Below, one piece after another: positions 8,873 through 16,106 of a stretch of 41,322 nt of DNA. Source of the stretch: an uncultured Pseudomonadota bacterium (GTDB lineage: Bacteria > Babelota > Babeliae > Babelales > CAIQNR01); NCBI GenBank assembly GCA_964547785.1, contig CAZJPB010000001.1, positions 1 to 41,322 of the forward strand, in the 5' to 3' direction. The position numbers and the translations under genes are program-made. A model generated the notes under the pieces. That model did no database searches. It saw only the letters and a list, made by a program, of their open reading frames with translations, and was not told the origin of the DNA. The first letter of the stretch is position 1. Every line of letters starts with the position of its first letter.

Positions 8873-9580
8873 ATGTTGTTTTTTAATGAATTTATTTTTT
8901 TTATACAAATTATAGCCGTAAGTTTTTTTGGTCTTGGCTCAGTGCTCTTTGGCAGCGCTGGATGCGCGTCTTTTATAACGCTGTGCGCGCTTTTAAGTAA
9001 TCTTTTTATACAAAAACAGATCATGCTTTTTGGCCTTTCTATCGTTGCGTGCGATGCACTTTCGATTGGCTCTGACATCGGTATTCATCTTATGTATGAA
9101 TATTTTGGACCACATATTACCAAAAAAACTATCTGGCTCTGTCTTTATATCAGCATCTTTTTTATAAGCATAGCTCAGCTATTTTTATGGTATCAACCTA
9201 ATAGCTTTGATATTACGAATGGCGCTTATACGACAATACTTGCTCCTATGCCCTTTATCATAACGAGTTCTTGCTTAGTTGCCCTTGCAACAAAAGCTCT
9301 GAATTATGCCATTTATCATGCACTTTCTTTGCGTTGGGGCACTGCACATTTTTTCAAGAAAAATATTATTGCGCTTTTGGTGAGTCAGCTTTTTGATACC
9401 ATTGCTTTTAGTTGCATAGCCCTTTCTGGAACCGTTCATTCGGTGCTTCATGTTATTTTATTTTCACTTTTGATAAAAAGCATTATCATTTTTTCTGGCG
9501 TTCCTTTTATAACATTTTGCCGTCGATTTATACCGTTACAACCTTTTACCAAACAGACTTTACAACAACATGAAATTTGA
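8873..9580 (+). CDS. yhhQ: queuosine-precursor transporter (YhhQ/VUT family, DUF165)
   Basis: Polytopic membrane protein with the YhhQ-like motif VSQLFDTIAF. Its 3' end overlaps the tgt start by 11 nt. The ORF-track start at 8798 reads through repeat element E1, so I prefer the ATG at 8873, which is preceded by a GAAGGTG RBS. Confidence 0.75.
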   Translation: MLFFNEFIFFIQIIAVSFFGLGSVLFGSAGCASFITLCALLSNLFIQKQIMLFGLSIVACDALSIGSDIGIHLMYEYFGPHITKKTIWLCLYISIFFISIAQLFLWYQPNSFDITNGAYTTILAPMPFIITSSCLVALATKALNYAIYHALSLRWGTAHFFKKNIIALLVSQLFDTIAFSCIALSGTVHSVLHVILFSLLIKSIIIFSGVPFITFCRRFIPLQPFTKQTLQQHEI

Positions 9581-10691
9581 AATCATTCATCAATCAAAAA
9601 AATCAAAAGCCCGCGTTGGTCGGATTCATACACCTCACGGGATTATCGATACACCGAATTTTGTACCAGTTGGCACAAACGGAAGTTTAAAAGCACTTGA
9701 TAGCGTCTTAACCGATCAATTGGACATTCAACTTATGTTTTGCAATACGTATCATTTAATCGTGCAGCCTGGAACAAAACTTATTAAACATGCAGGCGGC
9801 CTACACACCTTTATGAATCGAAAGCAACCTTTAATCACTGATTCTGGCGGCTTTCAGGTCTTTAGTTTAATGTATGGATCAGTGAATGATGAACTAAAAA
9901 GCAAGGGGACCAAAAAACAATCGAATTCTATTTTAAAAATATCAGAAGAAGGTGTTTTGTTTAGATCGTATCGTGATGGTTCTCCTATCCTGCTGACTCC
10001 AGAATCTTCTGTGCAAGCGCAAAAAGATCTTGCCGCTGATATTATTATTCCTCTTGATGAGCTTCCACCCTACCATTTGCATCCTAAAAAACTCAAAATA
10101 TCGTTTGAAAGGACGCATCGCTGGCAAAAACGATCACTTGATGAGCATTACAAAGCTACGCAAAACCAAGCGATGTACGCAGTCATTCATGGCGGCGTTG
10201 ATCCTGAGCTACGAAAACAAAGCTGTAACATTTTGACCAAACTTGCTTTTGATGGATTTGCTATCGGTGGATCTTTAGGAAAAAATCATGAACAACTTTT
10301 TAACGTAATCAATGATACGGTCATTCATTTGCCTACCGAATATCCGAAACATCTTTTAGGCATCGGCGATGTAATTGCATTAGAACCTGCAATTGCGCAA
10401 GGTATTGATACATTTGATTCTTCTCATCCAACGCGCTGTGCGCGCCACGGATTGCTTTTTACGTCAAACGGGATGATTAAATTGATGAATGCGCAGTATC
10501 AAGAAGTGTTTCAACCTATTGATAAAGACTGCAGCTGCTATACCTGCGCACATTATACTATTGCGTATATTCGGCATCTTTTTAAAGCGCACGAACTGAC
10601 AGCGTATCATCTTGCAAGCATTCATAATGTTCATTTTATGATCACGCTCATGAAAGACTACAGGAAAAAAATCTTAGAAGATCTTTTGTAA
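9570..10691 (+). CDS. tgt: queuine/preQ tRNA-ribosyltransferase (tRNA-guanine transglycosylase)
   Basis: Tgt-like motifs: RVGRIHTPHGIIDTPNFVPVGT, TDSGGFQVFSL, GFAIGG, and the zinc site CSCYTC...H. Confidence 0.95.
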   Translation: MKFEIIHQSKKSKARVGRIHTPHGIIDTPNFVPVGTNGSLKALDSVLTDQLDIQLMFCNTYHLIVQPGTKLIKHAGGLHTFMNRKQPLITDSGGFQVFSLMYGSVNDELKSKGTKKQSNSILKISEEGVLFRSYRDGSPILLTPESSVQAQKDLAADIIIPLDELPPYHLHPKKLKISFERTHRWQKRSLDEHYKATQNQAMYAVIHGGVDPELRKQSCNILTKLAFDGFAIGGSLGKNHEQLFNVINDTVIHLPTEYPKHLLGIGDVIALEPAIAQGIDTFDSSHPTRCARHGLLFTSNGMIKLMNAQYQEVFQPIDKDCSCYTCAHYTIAYIRHLFKAHELTAYHLASIHNVHFMITLMKDYRKKILEDLL

Positions 10692-10759
10692 AAAAAATAA
10701 GAGCCACTTTTTTACAAGCAGCTCTTATTTTTCATCATTACGCTCTTTTTTTTATTTTT
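10691..10759. repeat. conserved 3'-flank module, copy R1 (contains a terminator hairpin)
   Basis: aaaaaaataagagccacttttttacaagcagctcttatttttcatcattacgctctttttttta recurs with few changes at 11709-11774 and 12899-12963, each time directly downstream of a paralogous minus-strand gene. Confidence 0.9.
10697..10732. terminator. bidirectional rho-independent terminator (tgt on plus strand, paralog P1 on minus strand)
   Basis: Stem ataagagc (10697-10704) pairs with gctcttat (10721-10728). Extra inner pairs are possible. A-run upstream and T-run downstream give a T-tract on both strands. Confidence 0.6.
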
Positions 10760-11671
10760 TTATAAATAATAAGGATTTCCAGTTAATTCAACAGATATTT
10801 TATCATACCTTGTTGGATCTATTAACTTGTCTGAACGAGAATAGCGCCTACAGTAGGCCAAACTCTCATCACTGTTTTCATCTTGCAAAGAATAATATTT
10901 TGGATTAGCTAATAACAATTCTTTTCTAGTATCAAAAATAGGAGATATTTCAGGATATTTTTCTTCTAAACGTTTCACATTCAAGCTGAAAGTTGGCATC
11001 AACAAAGCTAATATGCTAGTTACTCTTGCAGTTGCTGCACAAAATTCTATACGTAATTCAGAAAATTCTGCTGCTGTAAGATTCGGTTTTGTTGCAGAAT
11101 TTTTTAATTCATTAAATCTATCTTTTAATTCTTCAGCAAATTTTTTTGTTTCTGGATTTTTATTTTTATTGCATACTATTTTTACAAGATCATTCAATAC
11201 ATTAATTTCAGCTGCCATTAAGCTTTGCAAGAGATTAATTTCTTTTTCATCAATTTTTGTACTTAATACTGAAAAAAAAGATGAATCACTTTTTACAGTA
11301 TTTTTTTTAAAAAAATACTTACCCAAACAAAATGATCCATATGCTACTCCGGCTACCGTTACAAATGGCATAAAATTTCTTGCAACAAATCCTTTAGTTC
11401 GGTCCCAAAATGATGGCTTTGCCGCTTGCTTTACAAATTCCCTCATAGTATTTGGAGTTTTTGGCGCTTGCTCAGAGAAAGATCTTTTTCCTGCAGCTTG
11501 AGCTAAAGAAGCAACTGATGATGCTTTGGTTGACCTTAAAGCAGTAGTCATAAGACCTACTCTGCTTGCAGCTGCGCCATTTTTAAAAGTAGTTCGCATT
11601 GCAGCCATTGGTTGAACTTGATTAACAACACTAAGTGCGCATAATAGCGCTATTGAATATATAGATTTCAT
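10760..11671 (-). CDS. secreted/membrane-anchored protein, conserved-leader family member P1
   Basis: 303 aa. The N-terminal ~115 aa are homologous to P2 (MKSIYSIALLCALSVVNQVQPMAAMR...ASRVGLM.TALRST...ASLAQAAG.RSFS...KGFVARNFMPFVT). The C-terminal ~190 aa are unrelated to P2 and P3. Confidence 0.7.
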   Translation of the reverse strand: MKSIYSIALLCALSVVNQVQPMAAMRTTFKNGAAASRVGLMTTALRSTKASSVASLAQAAGKRSFSEQAPKTPNTMREFVKQAAKPSFWDRTKGFVARNFMPFVTVAGVAYGSFCLGKYFFKKNTVKSDSSFFSVLSTKIDEKEINLLQSLMAAEINVLNDLVKIVCNKNKNPETKKFAEELKDRFNELKNSATKPNLTAAEFSELRIEFCAATARVTSILALLMPTFSLNVKRLEEKYPEISPIFDTRKELLLANPKYYSLQDENSDESLAYCRRYSRSDKLIDPTRYDKISVELTGNPYYL

Positions 11672-11708
11672 TAGTATTTCCTTATAGTTTTTATAAAATT
11701 ATTGTGAT

Positions 11709-11774
11709 AAAAAAAAAGAGCCACTTTAAATAAACAAGCAACTCTTATTTTTCATCATTACGCTCTTTTTTTTA
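11709..11774. repeat. conserved 3'-flank module, copy R2 (degenerate hairpin)
   Basis: aaaaaaaaagagccactttaaataaacaagcaactcttatttttcatcattacgctctttttttt. The second half is identical to R1. The hairpin stem is weakened. Confidence 0.85.
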
Positions 11775-12782
11775 TTATCTTCCTAAAAGCCAGTTCCAAG
11801 TACGAGTCAAATAGCCTTCTTCAACTTTTGTTAAAAAATCTATACCTTCTCGTTCGCTTAAAGCTTTAATTGCTGCTTTTGTTGCTTCTTTTGTTTGACG
11901 CGCAGTTTTCCAATTTTTATCGCAATATTCTAATGCTTTTCTCATTTGTTTAATAAGTTTTTTAGAATCTTTACAATCAAGCCCTTGAGCAAAAACTATG
12001 TCTACTTCTCCATTAGGAAAAAATAAATATCTGTGATAATAAATATTTTGTTGTTTTTGCATATTTTCATCAATCATACATAAAGTTCTTTGAACTGCTT
12101 TTTCCAATTCACTAAATGAATCATAATTCGAATGAGTATAAAATCCATATTCATATAAAGTAGAACCACCTTCATGATGCAATTCTGCTAAAGCCAAATA
12201 TTCAATGTTTCCTGTTTTGTATGGATGCCCACCCTGAAGATAAACAAGTTCTAATGCATAGATTTCACCACCAACACCAATAGTTGTTCTTTCTGTTCTT
12301 GATAGATTAACATCATATTTACCATCAAGTTTTCTTTGCTTAACGTTATCCCAAACATTTTGCTCAGCTTGAACTGGCGCATCTTGAGCTAGTGTTCCTT
12401 TAAGTTTAGAAGCTTCATACATTGCGTGCACTTGCTTTACTTCTTTACGATATGCCAATGCTGCAACCGAAAACAATCCAGTTGCTGTTACGAATGGCAT
12501 AAAATTTCTTGCAACAAATCCTTTGGTTCGAGTTGCAGCTTGCTTTGCAGCTTGTTGCATACTTTCTACCGTTCCTGCAACTTTTGCAGAGAAAGATCTT
12601 TGCCCTGCAGCTTGAGCTAATGAAGCAATTGGTGCTCTCGTTGATCTTAAAGCAGTAGCCATAAGACCTACTCTGCTTGCAGCCATTGCATTTCTTGCAC
12701 CAGCTCGCATTGCAGCCATTGGTTGAACTTGATTAACAACACTAAGTGCGCATAACAGCGCTATTGAATATATAGATTTCAT
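11775..12782 (-). CDS. secreted/membrane-anchored protein, conserved-leader family member P2
   Basis: 335 aa. The first ~76 nt of the CDS match P1 with 1 mismatch. The C-terminal domain is unrelated to P1. The extreme C-terminus (EEGYLTRTWNWLLGR) resembles that of P3 (KKGYFARFADWALQK). Confidence 0.7.
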   Translation of the reverse strand: MKSIYSIALLCALSVVNQVQPMAAMRAGARNAMAASRVGLMATALRSTRAPIASLAQAAGQRSFSAKVAGTVESMQQAAKQAATRTKGFVARNFMPFVTATGLFSVAALAYRKEVKQVHAMYEASKLKGTLAQDAPVQAEQNVWDNVKQRKLDGKYDVNLSRTERTTIGVGGEIYALELVYLQGGHPYKTGNIEYLALAELHHEGGSTLYEYGFYTHSNYDSFSELEKAVQRTLCMIDENMQKQQNIYYHRYLFFPNGEVDIVFAQGLDCKDSKKLIKQMRKALEYCDKNWKTARQTKEATKAAIKALSEREGIDFLTKVEEGYLTRTWNWLLGR

Positions 12783-12898
12783 TGTATTTCCTTTATATTT
12801 TAATGAAAAAAGCTATTTCTAATTGAAATAATATCATAAAGAATGATTATTGCAAGCGGACTATGCAAGCCTTTTAAGCCTGTCAGCTTAATTTTTAA

Positions 12899-12963
12899 TT
12901 AAAAAATAAGAGCCACTTTTTTACAAGCAGCTCTTATTTTTTAAAAATTATGCTCTTTTTTTA
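12899..12963. repeat. conserved 3'-flank module, copy R3
   Basis: aaaaaaaataagagccacttttttacaagcagctcttattttttaaaaattatgctcttttttt. The hairpin is identical to R1. Confidence 0.9.
12906..12942. terminator. rho-independent terminator hairpin downstream of P3
   Basis: Stem ataagagc (12906-12913) pairs with gctcttat (12930-12937), flanked by an A-run and a T-run. Confidence 0.55.
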
Positions 12964-13629
12964 TTATTTTTGTAGCGCCCAATCAGCAAAGCGTGCAAAA
13001 TAACCTTTTTTGTCTTTTTCTAAAAAAAACGAATATTTTCTACGATCTCTTTTTTCTAAATCTTTTATGGCTTTGATTAAACCTGGAATTTCATCTTTAG
13101 AAGCATGAGCAAATAAATCAGTCAAAGTATCTTGAAATAATAAATCCTTTGAGTCTCTTTCCGTTGCATTATAAATTACATAAATCTTCTTATCTGTTAT
13201 TAAAGCACGTTTTGTATAATCTCTATTTTCTCGAAGAGACGTTTCACCTTCTAAACAAATATCTTCTACTATTTTTGGATCACAAGTTAAGCCTACACCT
13301 AAACGAGCAGAAAAAGCTGATGGAAATTTTTCATCAAAACACCAAACCGTTTGTTCTTCCAATCTACCAATATTTTGTTCTTCTAGTTTTTTTGCTAATG
13401 TTCTTTCTGCTAGTGCTTTTGCATGAACAATCTTTTGATTTGCAACATTATAGTAATGTTGAGGAGAATGAGGATATGCCAATCGTGCTACAGTAAGCAA
13501 TCCAGTTGCCGTTACGAATGGCATAAAATTTCTTGCCACAAATCCTTTAGCTCCATTCGCAGCCATTGGTTGAGCTTGATTAACAACACTAAGTGCGCAC
13601 AAAAGCGCTATTGCATATATAGATTTCAT
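12964..13629 (-). CDS. secreted/membrane-anchored protein, conserved-leader family member P3 (short leader)
   Basis: 221 aa. Same signal peptide (MKSIYAIALLCALSVVNQAQPMAA) and TM segment (KGFVARNFMPFVTATGL) as P1/P2. It lacks the ~45-aa Arg/Ala/Ser-rich segment between them. Confidence 0.7.
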   Translation of the reverse strand: MKSIYAIALLCALSVVNQAQPMAANGAKGFVARNFMPFVTATGLLTVARLAYPHSPQHYYNVANQKIVHAKALAERTLAKKLEEQNIGRLEEQTVWCFDEKFPSAFSARLGVGLTCDPKIVEDICLEGETSLRENRDYTKRALITDKKIYVIYNATERDSKDLLFQDTLTDLFAHASKDEIPGLIKAIKDLEKRDRRKYSFFLEKDKKGYFARFADWALQK

Positions 13630-13680
13630 TGTATTTCCTTATCGTTTAATGAAAAAACTAGCAAAATAACTTGTTTTATT

Positions 13681-13760
13681 TTCTAAAAAAATGAATATTT
13701 TCTGTCATCTCTTTTTTCTAAATCTTTTACGGCTTTGATTAAACCTGGAATTTTTTCTTC
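13681..13760 (-). pseudogene. remnant of a fourth P-family gene (3'-terminal fragment)
   Basis: About 90% identical by eye to 13018-13092 inside P3. On the minus strand it translates as EKIPGLIKAVKDLEKRDDRKYSFF then a stop, compared with P3 EIPGLIKAIKDLEKRDRRKYSFF. Confidence 0.6.
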
Positions 13761-13765
13761 ATAAA

Positions 13766-14680
13766 TTATAATTTTGGACTTGGCCAATTACCAGCAATGT
13801 GCGCGTGCAAATGATATATAACCTGAGAAGAATTGCTGCCATTATTAATGTGCAAAGTATAAGGTCTTTTATCGGCTATTTTGTTAGCAAGCAAAATCAT
13901 ATCAAGCAGCACTTCTGCATATTTTTTAAGATTACAAAAATCAGTTTTTAAATTAGCAACGTGTTCTCGCGGAGAAATTAAAAAATCAGCAGTAACTGTA
14001 GGCCTATGTTTTAAAAATGCAAACGCATGTTCACTTGTTGCAATAATGTTTCCTGGTGCTGTTTTATCTAAAATCTTACAAAAAACACAATCTTTTTTAT
14101 TAATACATTTTTCGCTAGATGCTTTTGTGTAATGCAAAGTTACTTTAAAAGGTTTAATCATGTCTGTATTTTGATTCTTTGGCACATTGCTATCAATAAA
14201 TAAAGTAAAATCATATCCTTCCATTACAGCCAAAATAAGATTAAAAAAGCCTAAAAAATTTTCGAAATTTTTAGATCTCCACAAATAATCAAAATCATAC
14301 AAACTTGATGGTAGCCATATTGTTTCAAGTTCCATGATTCCATCGCTCTTATAATACACATTGGCAACATGATAATTTGAATGTAAAGATGCGCAAATTT
14401 TTTCACTTTTTCCATCTGCAGCTAAAAATGATCTATGGCCACCAATGCTTCTTTCTGTAGCACCATCAGCCATAAGACTCGCTTCTGAGCTAGACTTGCA
14501 TCCAAATGGAAAATTTTCTATGTCATGTTTTTTTTGTTGCAATACCTTTGTTTGCACACTAACAAGTGTATCAAATGAACAAAGCAAAAGACTAAAGAGT
14601 AATAAAAAAAATATCATATATCCTCGCATTAAAGAACAACCAACATCCTTACAGCATGCTGATCCCATAGGTTTTGTCAA
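13766..14680 (-). CDS. HIT-family nucleotide hydrolase/transferase with ~190-aa N-terminal extension
   Basis: The C-terminal ~110 aa carry the CVFC motif and the histidine triad IYHLHAHI. The N-terminus has a hydrophobic segment (MIFFLLLFSLLLCSF). The ORF-track start is TTG. ATG alternatives exist at 14666-14668, 14627-14629 and 14615-14617. Confidence 0.75.
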   Translation of the reverse strand: MTKPMGSACCKDVGCSLMRGYMIFFLLLFSLLLCSFDTLVSVQTKVLQQKKHDIENFPFGCKSSSEASLMADGATERSIGGHRSFLAADGKSEKICASLHSNYHVANVYYKSDGIMELETIWLPSSLYDFDYLWRSKNFENFLGFFNLILAVMEGYDFTLFIDSNVPKNQNTDMIKPFKVTLHYTKASSEKCINKKDCVFCKILDKTAPGNIIATSEHAFAFLKHRPTVTADFLISPREHVANLKTDFCNLKKYAEVLLDMILLANKIADKRPYTLHINNGSNSSQVIYHLHAHIAGNWPSPKL

Positions 14681-14683
14681 TTT

Positions 14684-15313
14684 TTACACTTTCGAAAGTA
14701 TCGATTCAGAGCGATCTATTAAAATTTTTAAACGACGATAATCCTCCCCTACAATTAATTGAATAGTCTCTATAAATGTAATACAAGATTCTAAGCTCAA
14801 AAGCTTATGTTCAGCTTGCGTTTGCAATAAAGAAATCAATAATTCATCCACTTGAATCTGAATATTTGTTTTTAAAATAATATGCAAATAAGCGCACGAT
14901 TTAAAAAAAAGCTGCATTTCATCAGGCGTTGCTAATCGCACAAACGCATGCATTTTAGGCGGTTCAGGAGCAATTTGATAAAAGACTTCATCATGTTTTA
15001 AAAAACCTACAATTAAACACGAAAAAGTCGTATGCATATATTCAAATATTTGAGGCTGCTCAATGCGCAATTCTTCTTCTGTTTTTTTATATACAAATGC
15101 CGTCCTGTAAGGATCTAATGACCCTGTTTGAATTGCATATACAAGCCCAAAAACAAGCTTATCTTGCGTGGCAATCGTAAGTAATGATCCAAAAGCAGGA
15201 AAAGCATCCCACTGCCAACTTTGAGCAGTAAATGTCTGCAAAGAGCTTTGTATAACTTCAGCCAAATAAAGTTGTTTGTTGTTTTTGTTGTTCTGATTCT
15301 GTTGCCGCGTCAT
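14684..15313 (-). CDS. hypothetical cytoplasmic protein
   Basis: 209-aa ORF with no signal peptide and no family recognised with confidence. The annotated ATG overlaps the rnhB 3' end by 56 nt. A TTG start overlapping the rnhB stop (TTTGGCTGA) is possible. Confidence 0.5.
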   Translation of the reverse strand: MTRQQNQNNKNNKQLYLAEVIQSSLQTFTAQSWQWDAFPAFGSLLTIATQDKLVFGLVYAIQTGSLDPYRTAFVYKKTEEELRIEQPQIFEYMHTTFSCLIVGFLKHDEVFYQIAPEPPKMHAFVRLATPDEMQLFFKSCAYLHIILKTNIQIQVDELLISLLQTQAEHKLLSLESCITFIETIQLIVGEDYRRLKILIDRSESILSKV

Positions 15314-15947
15314 GCATTACTCCTTTAATAAAAGTAGCTCGATGAATAAACGAAGGGCCATGCATTTTTAAAGCTTCTTGATGATCTCTGGTTCCATACC
15401 CTTTATGCTCATCAAGCGCATACAGAGGGTAATCGTGAGCCTGTCTTTTTAAAAGCGCATCCCGTTTAACCTTAGCCAAAATTGATGCCGCAGCGATAGA
15501 AATTGAACGACTCTCGCCAAATGGAAAGCTCATTATTTCAAAAGTACCGTACGCAACAGCCAAAGGCATAGCATCGATTAAAACAAGCTTTAGGCGCGCT
15601 GCCCGTTCTGATGATTGTGAATAAAGAGCGCACAAAGCCTGCTTCATCGCTTGTTGGGTCGCTTGATAAATATTATGCGTATCAATTGCAAAGGCTGAAC
15701 GAATTCCATATGCATACCAACTATTTTTTATAATCCAGTCCGCAGCTATCATTCTTTGCGTTTCAGTTAGAATTTTAGAATCTTTTAAAAACTCATGGCT
15801 TGCAAAAGGATGCAAAATGACCGCAGAAGTAACTACTGGCCCTGCAAAGCAACCTCTTCCAACTTCGTCAATACCACAAACATAAGCCTGTTCAGACCAG
15901 ACTTTAGCTTCAAATTCTGATGATGAAACTTTTTTTTCTAAGCCCAT
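15258..15947 (-). CDS. rnhB: ribonuclease HII
   Basis: RNase HII motifs: GIDEVGRGCFAGPVV, DSKILT, AASILAKV, GYGT..H. Confidence 0.9.
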   Translation of the reverse strand: MGLEKKVSSSEFEAKVWSEQAYVCGIDEVGRGCFAGPVVTSAVILHPFASHEFLKDSKILTETQRMIAADWIIKNSWYAYGIRSAFAIDTHNIYQATQQAMKQALCALYSQSSERAARLKLVLIDAMPLAVAYGTFEIMSFPFGESRSISIAAASILAKVKRDALLKRQAHDYPLYALDEHKGYGTRDHQEALKMHGPSFIHRATFIKGVMHDAATESEQQKQQTTLFG

Positions 15948-16106
15948 TTTTTAAAACAAATCACTTTCGAAAAAACTTTTCCATTTGACAAGTTTAAAGT
16001 TGTTGGTACTCTATTAGAAAATACGCAGTGTTTTTATTTATTTGTTTAACTATGCTCTTTTTTATTACGTATTAAAGAGTAAGACTTTGCAAAAAGGAGT
16101 CAAATT

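Noticed and set aside
10691-12963. The three ~65-bp conserved modules, or the E1-E3 repeats, as a CRISPR array
   Set aside because: The repeats are 1-1.2 kb apart (27 kb for the E elements) and are separated by full-length genes rather than 25-40-bp spacers. They contain terminator hairpins. No cas genes are present.
15948-16106. SOS-box-like operator in the rnhB / XRE-S24 divergent region (ctcttt...tacgta...aaagag inverted repeat; TTGACA at about 15997)
   Set aside because: These are only weak, short palindromes in AT-rich DNA. There are no recurring copies elsewhere in the window apart from the ACTTTCGAA motif, which is reported separately. The evidence is not enough to call a feature.
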